Positions 45,705 through 58,807 of a stretch of DNA of 64,000 nucleotides are shown here, piece after piece (positions within the stretch are counted from its first letter, which is position 1; every line of letters begins with the position of its first letter). The notes below the pieces were generated by a model, which was not told the origin of the DNA, did not search any database, and saw only the letters and a program-made list of their open reading frames with translations. Both the position numbers and the translations under genes were made by a program. The DNA lies in NCBI GenBank assembly GCA_014905635.1, contig JABVCE010000003.1:1-64000 (forward strand). The letters run 5' to 3'. This stretch comes from Scenedesmus sp. PABB004 (taxonomy: Eukaryota).

Positions 45705-46849
45705 TGTCAGCGGTCAGCGGTCAGCGGTCAGCTGTCAGCGGTCAGCGGTCAGCTGCAGCTGCGCGGCGGCGACTGCGCGCCGGCGGTGGGTGCTGCGGCG
45801 CCAGGGCGGGGCGCGCCGCGCGCGCCTGTTGGGCGGCAGGTAGCCTAGCAGCAGGCGCCAGCACACGGGGCGCAGCTCCGCGGGGATGCCGCTCCAGCTG
45901 AGCTCCCGCAGCGCGTCCAGGTCAATCTGCGGCGCGGGCGTGGGCGCGGGCGCGGGCGCGGCCCCGCCCCGCCGCTGCTGCGCGCCCGGCGCGCCAGCTG
46001 CGCGCGCGGTGCCGGCCCCGCGCAGAGGCGCCGCCGGGCGGGCAGCGGACGCGCACCAGGGGCTCGCCGAGGACCTTGTGGAACTTGGCGACCCTGATGG
46101 ACGATGACGTGCGGCTCGACGACACGCCCGCGCCGCCGTCGGCGCCGCCGGCGCCCGACGCCGCGCCCGCGCTGCTGCCGGCCTCGGCGCCCGCGTGCGC
46201 CTGGCCCTGCAGGCTGAGCTGCTCTATGCTCGCCTCCAGCTGCTCGCCGCCGGGCGGCGGCGGCGGGCCGCCGGCGGCGCTGACCGCCGCTGCCTGCGGC
46301 GGGGCGGGCGCATCGCGCGAGGCGCTCGCTCAGCGCTCGCTCAGCGCTCGCTCAGCGCCAGCCGCGGCGGCGACCGCACCCCGCGCCAGCCGCGCTGCTG
46401 GGTGCCGCCGGCGCGGCGCGGCGCGGCGCGCGCTGCCGCTGCTGCGCCGCCGACCGCGCGCCGCGGCGCGCCCCACCTGCCCGGCGCCATCCTGCGGCAG
46501 CGCGGGGGCGCCGCTGGCTGACGCCGCGTCGCCCCGGGGCGCTGGGCTGGCCTGCTGCGCCGGCGAGCCCGGCGCGGGCGGCGCCGCTGCGGCGGTGTAC
46601 GTGAGCGGGTCCTGCGGCCGGTTCAGCCGCGCCTTGCCCGGCAGGCCGCGGGCCTTCAGCAGGCTGCGGCGGGGCGGCAGCGGGCGAGGGTGTCGTCCTG
46701 TTGGCGCGCGGGCGGCCCGCGGGCGGGCCGGGCCGGCGCGGCAGGGCGGCGGCGGGGGCGCGCATCTCGCCGCTGCTCGCCCACCTGCCCAAGTTCCGGA
46801 GCCCGCTTTCGATCGCCTCCCTGCTGCTGCTGCGGCCTTCCTGGCTCAT
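44292..46849 (-). CDS. TBC-domain Rab GAP (Gyp1/TBC1D22-like), multi-exon
   Basis: LRELSWSGIP...WRLLLGYLP; VDVPRT; IRHPASGYVQGMNDLVTPF; EADCYWCLSKLLEGIQDHYT; FLQFAFRWVNCLLIRE; RLWDTYLAE. Start codon is uncertain. Confidence 0.9.
45661..45752. repeat. (GCGGTCA)n heptamer array, ~13 units, intronic
   Basis: Read directly; reads (CTGACCG)n on the gene strand. Confidence 0.95.
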
Positions 46850-47671
46850 GAGGCGGGCATGGAGCCCGCCGGGCTTGCTGCGACGCGGGCGCGGAGCCGC
46901 TGCGCGGCGCTCTCGGGAGCGCGGCGGCGCACCGAGCAGGGCTGCCACGGCTAGCGCGCGGCCCGGTGGTGCGGCGGCGGTGTGGCGGTCGGTCAGTGCG
47001 CGACGGCGGTCCGCCCGGGCAGTGCGCGGCGCGGCGCAACGTGCGACGCCGCGGCTCAGGGGCGATCGGCCCTGCACGCGCCCGCTGCGCGCGCAAGGGG
47101 TGCTGCTGGCTGAGTGGCTGCGGCACGATCCCAGACGCCCGCCTGGCGGGGTGGGCCCGGCGGCCGGGCGCTGCGCCGGCGCCGGCGGCAGCAGCACGCG
47201 CGCCGCGGCGCCGCGCCGCGCGCCGCCGGTGCCGGCGCCGGCTGGCTGCGGAGCCGCTCCCGGGGCCTGCGATGCGCCCTGCGCCACCTGTCGCCGGCTG
47301 CGTGGACGGCGGTGCGCCGCGGGCGGCGCGCCGCGACCGGTCGCACGCTGTCCGCCGGCCGCGCCGCGCCGCAGCGCGCCCGCGGCCCTTGCGCGCCGCC
47401 GGGAGCGTGTGCGCTGTCGCCCGGCGCGACCTCCGGGCGGCTCGGCGACGGCAGCTGCGGTCTAACAGTTGCGACCGCCGCCCTGTGCCCTGTCGTGGCG
47501 CGCCCGCTATGCATGCCGGCCCACCTCACGGCTCCCGCCACCCCGACGCGCGACCGCCGCCGCCGCGCCGACGCAGCCGCTCGCCCGCCCGCGCGCGCCG
47601 GAGAGGCCTCGCGCCAGCGCCGCCCGCGCCCCGCCCCCGCCCGCCGGGCAGCCCGCGACGCCGGCGGCAGC

Positions 47672-48860
<1,189 letters not shown>

Positions 48861-49590
48861 TGATGCAGGCCGCTGGCGCTGGCGCGCCGCCGCCCGCCGC
48901 CAGGGGCCACTCAATTCTTTGGCGGCGCGCCGGCGGCGGCACCGACTGTTCGGGCCAGCGCGCAGCAAGCGGGCGGCTTGCAGCGCGGGGGAGGGGTGGG
49001 CAGGAGCAGCGGCGCGCGCAGCGCCGCACGCGCGCCGGCCCGGCGCGCGGAGTGCGCGCTGCCGGGCCGGCCCCGCCGCCGGTCGGCGGCGGCGGCGGCA
49101 GCGGCGGCCAGCAGTGAGGGCGCGGCGCTGGCGACCGCATCTGCGCGGCGCGCGCCGGAGCTGTGCGGGGGAGCTGCGCGCCCAGCAGGGGGCGCAGCGC
49201 TCCCGGGCCGGCGCGCGGCGCGGGGGCGCGGGGGGCCGCGGGGGGTCGGCGGCAGTTCCGGCGCGGGCGGGGTCGCTGGGACTGCCGGGTCCCTCTCAGG
49301 CGGCCCAGTCTTCGTTCGCGTGGGCATTGCGAGCATTTCGATGGACCGCGAAGGGTCGCGTTCGAGTGAGCGGTGGTGAGGACGTGCATGTAAGCTGCGC
49401 AGCTGCGGTGACGCGTTGCCGCGGCACCCGCCGCCAGCCCCCGAGCCGCCCCGCCGCCGCTGCGAGCGTGCCCCGCGCGACTCTGTCCCCCTGCGCACCC
49501 AGCGGCCTGGCCGGCCAGTGCCTCCTCGCGTGGCGGCGTTACCGCGGCCCTCCTCAGCCCTCCGCCACGGCGCGCGCCAACTCGCCTCGC

Positions 49591-52500
49591 TCACAGGTCG
49601 TCGAGCAACGACGAAAAGTTCATGCTGCCGGTGCCCGCGAGCGCCTGCTGCGCGCTCGGCTTCTGCCCAGCGGCCGCAGCCTTCACCGCAGCCGCCGCCG
49701 CCGCCGCCGCTGCCGCAGCCGTCGGCTCGCCGGCCGCCGCGGCCGCGCCAGCGCCAGCCGGCGCCGCCGCCGGCGCCACGGGCGGCCTCGCGGCGCCCGC
49801 CGCCAGGGCGCCAGGCGCGGCGACAAACACCGGGGGCAGCGGTGCGCCGCCCGGCGCGGCGCCGCCGGGGCTGGGCTTGCGCTGCGCCGCCTGAAGCGCC
49901 GCCATCTGCTGCAGCGTGAGCCCCCCCGACATCTGAACGCCCTGCGGCCGCGCCGCCGCCTGCTGCGCGAGCAGCGCCTGCAGCTGCTGGGTGGCCGCCC
50001 CGGCGCCCGGCACCAGTTTGGCGCCCGCCGCGCCGCCCGCGGCCGCGGCGCCCTGGAGCTGCGCCTGCAGCAGCAGCTGCTGGCGCAGCAGGATCTGCTG
50101 CTGCGCCGCCGCCGCCGCGGCCGCCGCCGCCGGGGAGGCGCCCGCCGGCGCAGCGGCAGCGCCCGCGGCGCCGGCCACGGCCGGCGCCGCCCCCGCGCCC
50201 GCGGGCGCTGCCGCCGGCGGCACGGCCGCCGCGCCCGCGGCCGCCGGCGCGCCCGGCTTGGCCGCCGCGCCTGCTGCCTTGGCCGCCTGCTGCGCGAGCA
50301 GCGCGCGCTGCTGCGCCTGCTGCTGCGCCAGCAGCGCCTGCAGCTGCGCCGGCGTGGCCACCATGAGCTGCCCGCTGCCGGTCGCGATGACCGTCGCGCC
50401 GCCGCCCACGCCGCCCACGCCGCCCACGCCACCGACGCCCGGCAGCGCGACGAGCCCGCCCGGCGCCGCGCCGCCCGGCAGCGGCAGCCCGCGCCCGCGG
50501 CCGATGCCGGCCAGCGCCGGCAGCGGCAGGCCGGGCATGCCCGGGTAGGGCAGCGGCGGCGCGGCGGCGGCGGCGCCCGCGCGCGCCGCCTGCGCCATGA
50601 CCGCCTGCGTGTCGTCGGGCCGGCCCTGCGGCGGGCGCCCCGCGGCGCGGTCGTCCGCCCAGCCGCCGCGGCGGACGTACTGCTCAAACTCGGCGAGCGC
50701 CTCGTAGCTGCGCCGCATGCCGTCGCCCGACGCGGGGCTGCCGTCGGCGCCCATGCTGCGCGCGACGTCGGGCCAGCGGTGCGTGCGCGCGACGCCCTCG
50801 TAGCCGCCGCGCACGTTGACGACCAGGAAGAGCTGCGGGGAGCGGGGGGGGGGGGGGCACGGGCGGCGTGTGCGCGTGTGCGTGTGTGTGTGTGTGGGGG
50901 GGGGGGGCTCGGGCGGCTTGTGCGCGTGTGCGTGTGCGTTTGCGTGGGGCGCGTGTGCGTGGGGCGCAGCACACGCCCCCCCCCCCCGCTCACCGAGTAG
51001 AGGTCCAGCTCGCGCCCCGCCCACATGGGCGGCTTGAGCGCGCGGCCCATGCTCGCGTAGTACGCCGACACGAGCGACACAAACTCGCCCCGGCACGGCA
51101 GCGCGGCCAGGCAGTCCTGCGGCACGGCGGTCGCGCGCGCGAGAGAGAGAGAGAGAGCGCGCACGTGAGCACCGCGCGCCGCCGAGGCGGGCGGGGCGTG
51201 GCCGGCGGGGCGGCGCGTGCGCGCGCGCGCGCGCCTCACCGCCTTGAGCGGCGTCGGCAGCGGGTGGTCGAGCGGCGCCGCGCCCGGCGGCGCCGTCGTG
51301 AGCGACGCGAGCAGCGCCGCGTTGCCCCCGGCCATCGCCTGCAGCATGGCCTGCTGCTTGAGGTGCAGGTGCGCGCCCTGCTGCTGCTGGATCTGCGCCT
51401 TGCTCCACGCCGCGCCCGACACGGGCGCGCCGCCCGCGGCCGCGATCAGGCGCGACAGCCCGCCGCCCGCGGGCGCGCGCGCGCCGCTGCGCCTGGCGCC
51501 GCCGCCGCCGCCGCCGCCGCCCTCGGCCTCGTCGTCGCTGCCGCGGCCGCGCTTGGCGGCGCGGCCGCCGCCCCACGTGATGCCGCGGCCGACGCGCGAC
51601 CGCCGCCGCGCGGCGCCGCGCCGCGCCCGCGCCGGCCGCCCTCGCTGTCGCTGTCGCTGTCGACGAGGGGGTTGTACTCGTCACTGTCCTCGCCGCCGCC
51701 GCCGCCGCCGCCGGCGCCCACGAGCTCGCCGTAGTCGATCGCGCGGCTCACGCGCCGCCGCGCCGAGCGCGCGGGCGGTCCCGACGCCTCGCGCCCCGCC
51801 TGCGCCGCGGCGGCGCCCGCCGCGGCGGCCGCCTCGTCGCGGCGGCGCGCCTCCGCGGCGGCGGCGGCGGCCTCCGCCGCCTTGCGCGCCTCCTCGGCCG
51901 CGCGCAGCGCCTCGCGGTCGGGCTCCAGCTCCCACGGCGACACCTGGCGCGCGGCGCGGCGCGGACCGCGGGCGGACCTGGGCGCCCCACACGCCACGCC
52001 GGCGCGCGGCCCCTTCCTCGGCGCCTGCCGCCGCCGCACCTTGGCGTGGCTCGCGCCGTCGCTGCCGTGCCCGTGCCACGCGACCGTCACACTGCGCCAG
52101 GGGTCGCCCGGCTCGCTGCTGTCCAGCGCCACGACGGTGCCCTGGTGGAAGGACCCGCCCACGCGCTGGCCGGCGCGGCCGCCGCTGTACAGGCTGAAGC
52201 GGTCCCCCGGCGCCCAGCGCCGCGCCATGCCCTCCTCCCACACCGATGGCGCCACCAGAAAGTCGGGCAGGAACGAGTCGACGTGAAACGGCACCGCGAC
52301 GTACCGCGACGCGCCGCCGTCGCCGCCGTCGCCGCCGCCGTCGCCGCCGCTCGCGCCATCGCCCGCGCCCGCGCCCGCGGCGGCGCCGTCCGCCTCGCCG
52401 TTGGCTGCGCCGGCGGCGGCGCCATCCGCCCCGCCGTCGGCTGCGCCGGCGCGAGCGCCGTCGGCAGCCCGGTCGGGCTTGCCGCCGCTGCCGCGCGATG

Positions 52501-55500
52501 TGCTGTCGCCGGGCTCGCGGCGCGCGGGGCTGCCGGAGCGCTCGTCGCCGCTCGCACTGGCGGCGTCGCTGCCGTCCTCGCTGCCCTCCTTGCTGCCGGA
52601 GCCGGGCTCGGGCGCGGGGCCGAGCAGGGCCCACATGCAGGGCGGGCGATACTCTGGCACGACGGTCGGCGTCAGCGGCAGCGACGCCCGCCGGCCCTTG
52701 GCCTGCTCCGGCGTCACCGCCTGCGCGGGCTGCTGCGGCTGCTGCTGCTGCTGCTCCGGTTGCTGCTGCTCCGGTGGCTGCTGCCCCGGTTGCTGCTCCG
52801 ACTGCTGTGTCTGCGTCTGCGTCTGCTGCTGCTGGGGCTGCAGCTGCTGCGGCTGCAGCTGCTGCGCCTGCGCCGGCGCCGGCGCCGGCGACTTTGGCGC
52901 CTGTTGCTGCTGCGCCGGGGCTGCAGCCTGCGGCTGCTCCTGCTGCTGCTGCTGCGGCGACGGCGCCGCAGCCGCCGCGGCACCCGCCGCCGCGGGCGCC
53001 TGCCGCGGCGTCGCCGGCGCCTGGCGCGGCGTCGCGGGCGTCTGCTGCTGCTGCTGCTGCTGCGCGCGCGGCGGCGGCGTCGCGCGGCCGGCCTGCTGGT
53101 GGCGCAGCGCCTGCTGGTGGCGCTCGATGTCCTCAATCTCGTCCAGGTCGAGGTCATCGACGTCAAAGTCAAGCAGGTCGCCCACGTCGCCAAACGCGCC
53201 GCCCTCGGCAAGCGCCAGCCCCGCGGCGATGGGGTCGTCGCCGCCGCCGTCGCCGAGCGGCAGCGCCGGCACGACGTCGCCGAGCGCGGCGGCCGCGGCG
53301 GCCGCGGCGGCCGCGCCGCTGAGCGGCTCGCCGTCGTCGTCGAGCCCCGGCAGGTCGGGCAGCAGCGGCGACGGCGTCGACGCGGGGGGCCCGCCGCCGC
53401 GGCGGCGTGCTGCCGCCGCAGCGCCTCGGGCATGGGGTAGGAGCGGCAGGCCACCGCGAGCACGCGGTAGCGCCCCACCGGCGGCATGCACCGCACCGCG
53501 TCCGCCGCCGCGCCGAGCTCCTCGGCCGCGGGCGGCAGCGGCGCGGTCGCGGACGCGGGCAGGCGGGTGTACTTGTCGAGGTGCTCGCCCACGCCCGACC
53601 GCGCGACCATGAACTCGTCGCCCACGCCCGGCAGCACCAGCGGGCACCTGCGCAGGGGCGCGGGAGCGGGGCGTGGGGCGCGTGGGGCGCGCGGGGCGCG
53701 GCGCCGCCTGGCGCGCGGCGGGCGTGCGGCGGCAGGCGGCGGGCGCGCCGCAAGCGCACCGTGCGTTGGCGGCGATGCGCATGAAGGCCTCCCGGTTGAG
53801 CGCAAAGCCGTCCACCACCACCGCGCGCCCCAGCGCGGCGAGGTGCAGCGCGAGCGCCTCCCAGCTGCCCGGGCCCGCGGCGGCGAGGCTGGCGCGCCAG
53901 CGCTCGCGCCGGGCCGCCCACGCGGGCGCCAGCACGGCCGGCGCGACCTGCGGGCTGGCCAGCAGCGCCTCCAGGTCCAGCAGCGCCGGCGCGAGCTCCT
54001 GTGGGCCCTCGCCGTCCTGCGGCCCGGCGGCGGCGCGGCGCGGCGCGCGTTAGCGCAGCACGACGGCGCGCGGCGCAATGCCCGAGCGGGGCGGCCGACC
54101 CCGCGGCGCGCGTGCGCGCGCGCGGGCACCTGCACCGCTTCCATGACCGGACCCAGCGCGCGCAGCAGCGCCGCCTGGCCCGCGAGGTAGAACGGCGCCA
54201 CGCCCGCGAGGCTGGCCAGGCCCACGCGCACGCGCTCGTCGGTCGCGGCCAGCATGCTGCCGCCCGTGACGCCTGTGCAGCGGCGGCGCGCGGTGCGGGT
54301 GAGGCGGAGGGACGGCGCGCCGCGGGTCGGCGCGCTGCGCCGCGGTGCTGGCGCGGGGCCCCCTCACCGGCCTCCCCGAAGAGCAGCGGCGCGACGAAAC
54401 CTCGGTAGCCGTCGGGGCGCGCCCGCGCCATCTCGGTGGCGCTCATGAGCTGCCCCACCAGCGGCGCGGCCAGGCCGCTCGCCGTGAGCACCGGGCCCAG
54501 CGGCACCACGCCCGCCTCTGCCGGCGTGCTGCAGTAGCTCCACCCCGCGTCGGCGCCCGACACGGCAGCCCAGTAGGCGAGCGCGCGCGGCGAGCTCGGC
54601 GGCGGCGCGCCCGCGGCGACGGCCGCCGCGGCCGCGTCGCTGGCCACGCCCGCGAGCGCGAGCGCGGGCCTGTACGGCCAGGGCATGCTCAGCAGCGCGG
54701 CCAGCAGCGGCTCCTCGTCAGCGATGCGCGCCTGGGCCAGCCAGAGCACGAGGCGCTGCAGGCTCTCGCCCTCGTAGAAGCCCTGCAGGCGCGGCGGCGG
54801 CGCGGCGTCGCGGCCGGGGGAGGGAAGAGGGGACGGGCAGGGGCGCGACGGGGCGGCCGCCCGCGGCCGCGCGACTCACCCACAGCGCGCCCTCCTGCTC
54901 CTCGCACCACACGCGCCACGCGCCGGCCGCTCCGCCCAGCACCCAGTAGCGGCGGCCGCGGCTGTCCTCGCCCAGCGGCACGCGCGTGCCGTGGCTGCGC
55001 AGTGGCGGCGGCGGCGCCGTCAGCGGCGGCGGCGGCGAGCAAGCAGCTGGCCCTCCGCACGGCGCGCGCGCGCGCGCCCGGCGGCCCGCGCCCCGCGCCG
55101 GCGCGCACCTCTGCTGCTCCTGGCGCGCCAGCCAGTCCACCCACTCCTCCAGCATGCGGCCCCACGTCGCGCGCTCCACCGCGGCCGCGGCGGCGCGGCG
55201 GTCGTCCTCGCTCGGCCCCTCCTCGGTGAGCGGGTCCGACGGCGTGAAGCTGATGTACCCCGCGCCGCGCCCGCGCCACCCGCTCGCGCCGCCCACGTGC
55301 GCGGCGAGCCCCGGGTGCGCGTACGGGTGGAACGTGTCGGCGCGCACCGGCTTGGGCCCGTCAAACGCCTCGACGCGCACGTCGACGTGCGCGCGGAACG
55401 GCTCCGAGCCGAGGCCCAGCTCGAGCAGGCCGAGCGCGACCGCGAGGCGCCCCGCCAGGCCCAGGCCCGCGTACTCGCCGCTCGCGAGCGCCGCCGCGGC

Positions 55501-58500
55501 GGCCGCGGCGCCGCCTGCCACGCCCGCGCCCGCGAGCGCGCCGCGCGCGCCGTCGAGCGCGGCGGCCGCGCGCTGCGCCCAGTGCGGCGCGGCCATGTGC
55601 AGGTGCGCGGTCTTGAGCCCCTCGACGGGGCACAGCCGCGCGGACAGGGGCTGGCGCAGCGGCTTCTTGCCCGGCCGAGGCGCGCTGCCGTCGGCGAGGC
55701 GCAGCAGGCCGTTGTGCAGGTCGCGCAGCAGCAGCGAGGAGCCCAGCTCCAGGCGGTCGGCGCAGCCGACGTCCGGCAGCGCCGCCGACGCCTCGGCGTC
55801 CGCGCGCGCCGCGGCGGCCGCCACCGCGTCCAGGGTCAGCGGGCCGGCCTCGTGCGGCTCCTCCAGCTGCGGCCAGCCCGCCGGGACGGGCGCCTGCGCG
55901 CTGGGCTGCGGCCTCAGGCCGCCCAGCTTGACCTTGAGCTTGACCTTGCGGCCTGCAGGCGAGGGGGCGACGCCCGCGCTCGCGCTGGGCGCGGCCTGCT
56001 GCCCCGTGGCCGCGCTGGCCGAGGGCGTGGGGCCCTTGGCGCCCTCCGCGGGCGCACCCACGCTGCCCGGCGCCGCCGGCGCCGGCGGCTCCGGCCGCGG
56101 CTGCTCGTGCTGCGGCTGCTCCGCATCGGGCGGTGGCCGCATGTCCACCTCTGGACCCGGCCGCGCCTGGACCTCTGCCTGCTGCGGCACGCCCGCCTGC
56201 TGCTGCGCCTGCTCGGACGCCGGCTGCATCTCCACCTCGGGGCCCGCATGCGCCTCGCGCTGCGCCTCCGGCGGCGGCGGCGCGCCCGCGCCCGCATCGC
56301 CGCCAGCGAGCGCAGCTGGCTGCTCAGGGCCTCCCGCGTTTGTGACAGCGACCGCGCCGGCTGCGGGCGGCTGCTCCACCGGCGGCTGCTGCACAGGCGG
56401 CTGCTCCGCAGGCGGCTGCTCCGCAGGCGGCTGCTCCGCAGGCGGCTGCTCCGTCGGTGGCTGCTCCACAGGCGGCTGCTCTGCGGGCGGCTGCTCCGTC
56501 GGCGGCTGCTGCGCAGGCGGCTGCTTCGCCTGCGGCTGCTCCACCGGCGGCTGCTCCGCCTGCTCTGCGGGCCGCTGCTCGCTGGCAACCGCTGGCTGCC
56601 CGCTCTGCTGCTGGGCCTCTGCGCCCTCTGACTTCACGCCGCCGGCCTGCTCCGCAGCTGCGGGTGCCGGCTGTTCAAGCTGCTCCCCTGCCTGCGCCGC
56701 TGCCTCTGGCTTCGGCTCCGCAGCCGCCGCAGCGTCCTGCTGTGGCGGGCTGCCGGCCGCGCGGGCCTGTTCCGCCGCCGGTTCCCCAGCCGGCGCCTCG
56801 GCTGTCGGCGGCTCCGCCGCTGCCGCGTCCCCGCAAGCTGCAGCAGGGCCGACGGCGCCTGCGGGCGCAGCGGCCTGCTGCGCCGCGGCCTGCGCCGCGG
56901 CCTCGCCGGCGCCCACTGCGGCTGGAGCCGCAGCCTCGGCCGCCGCTGCGGCTGCTGCTGGTTGAGCTTCCCCGGCCACTGCCTCGGCGGCGGCCGGCGC
57001 TGGCGCCGTTGCGCCGTCTGCCGCCGCCGCCGGCTGCGCCGCATCCGGCTTGCTGCCGCCCGCCGCCCCGCCGGCGCCCGTGAGCTCCGCGATGGCCGCA
57101 GCCATCTGCTCCAGCGCCGCCTTGGTGGCCGCCTCGGCCGCCCTGGCCGCCGCCTCGTCCGCCGCCGCGCCGGTCACGGCCGCGGACTCGCGCTCCTGCT
57201 CGTCCGTGAGCGGCCCCGGCAGCAGGGCCGCCTCCAGCTGCTCCAGGCTGAACGGCGGCAGCTGCAGCACGCCGCCAAAGCCCTGCGCCAGCTCCCACAG
57301 CACCAGCAGCTCTCCCACGAGCGCCGCGGGCAGGCGGAAGGCGCGGCACGGCCGCGGCGGCGCGCCGCGCGCGATGTCGGCGGTGTGCTCCGCCTGGCGG
57401 CGCATCTGCGCCTCGAGCGCGCGCTGCTCGCGCCGCCGGCGCGCCTCCTCGGCGCGCGCGGCCGCGGCCGCGGCGCGCGCCTGGGCCGCCGCTTGCGCGC
57501 GCGCAGCCGCGCTGACGCGCTGCGCCTGGCGCGCGACGTTCGACTGCGGCGCCGCGTACCCCGGCTGCGCCACGTAGGCGCTGGTGTAGTCGCGCGAGCG
57601 CTGGCTGGCCAGCCCCTGCGCGGCCGGGTGCGGCGGCGGGTAGCCGCCCCACGACGCCTGACGACGCGGCGCGCGGGCGGGCGAGCAGGCAGAGGGCGGG
57701 CGCGGCGCGGCAGCGGAGCTCAGGCGCGGCGCGAGGACGAGCGGCGCGCCAGGCGCGGGCGCCGGCGCCGCCCCGCGCCGCGCGGCCCCCACCTTGGCGC
57801 CCGCCGAGTCCTGCAGCGAGTGCTGGCGCTGCAGCTGCTGCTGCCGCGGCGCGGGCGTGACGCCGGGCGGCGCGCGCAGCGCGCCCTTGGGCATGACCAG
57901 CTTCAGCTTGGCCTTGCCGCCCGCCGGCGCGCCGGCGCCGCCGCCGCCGCCGCCGCCGCGGCTGGGCGGGTGGCCCACGATCTGGCTGCCCATGTCCTGC
58001 GGCGGCGGCTGCGCCTGGGGCAGGATCTGGCCCTTGAGCTTGAGCTTGGGCTTGAAGGCGCCGCCAGGCAGGTTGAGCTTCAGCCTGAACTGCGGCTTGC
58101 CGGCGCCGGCGCCGGCGCCGGCCCCGGCGGCCACGCCGGCTGGGCGCGCCCCGGCGGGCGGCCGCGCCGTGCCGTTGCCCACAGCCACGGCTGCGCGGCG
58201 GGCGGCGAGGCGGCGTGTCAGCCGCGGGCGCCGGCGCTGCGCGCGGCGTGCTGCGTGCGACGCAGTGCGGGCTGTGCCAGCTGGAACGAACCAGCCAAGC
58301 GGGGACGGGAGCTTGCTGGGCAGATTGACTGGCCTGCTTTGCTCTAGCCGCCCGCGCGCACCGCCGGCGCGCCGCAGGGGCGGCGCCGGTGGGGGCTGCG
58401 GGCCGAGGCCCGCAGCCCGCCTGCAGCCCCCCGGGGGAGGCGGCAGGCTGTTGCAGACGGCATGCAGCACACACAGTGCCCGCCCGCCTGCTCCCGCACG

Positions 58501-58746
58501 CACCTGGAACGAGCTGTGACGCCACCGCGGCACCAGACTCGTTGACACGCTGCTTCTTCGCAGCGCGCCGCTCGGCGGCAGCACCCGCCTTTTGCTCCAG
58601 CGCCTTGGTCTGCAGCCACGCCAGCAGGGGCATCGCTGGCGGCGCCGGCGGCTGCTGCTTCGGAAACGCACCGGCCTGCAGACGGCGGGGCGCAGCGCAG
58701 TGAGCAAAGCAAGCACAGCGGTGGGAGGGCATGGCGGCCGAGCGAC

Positions 58747-58807
<61 letters not shown>

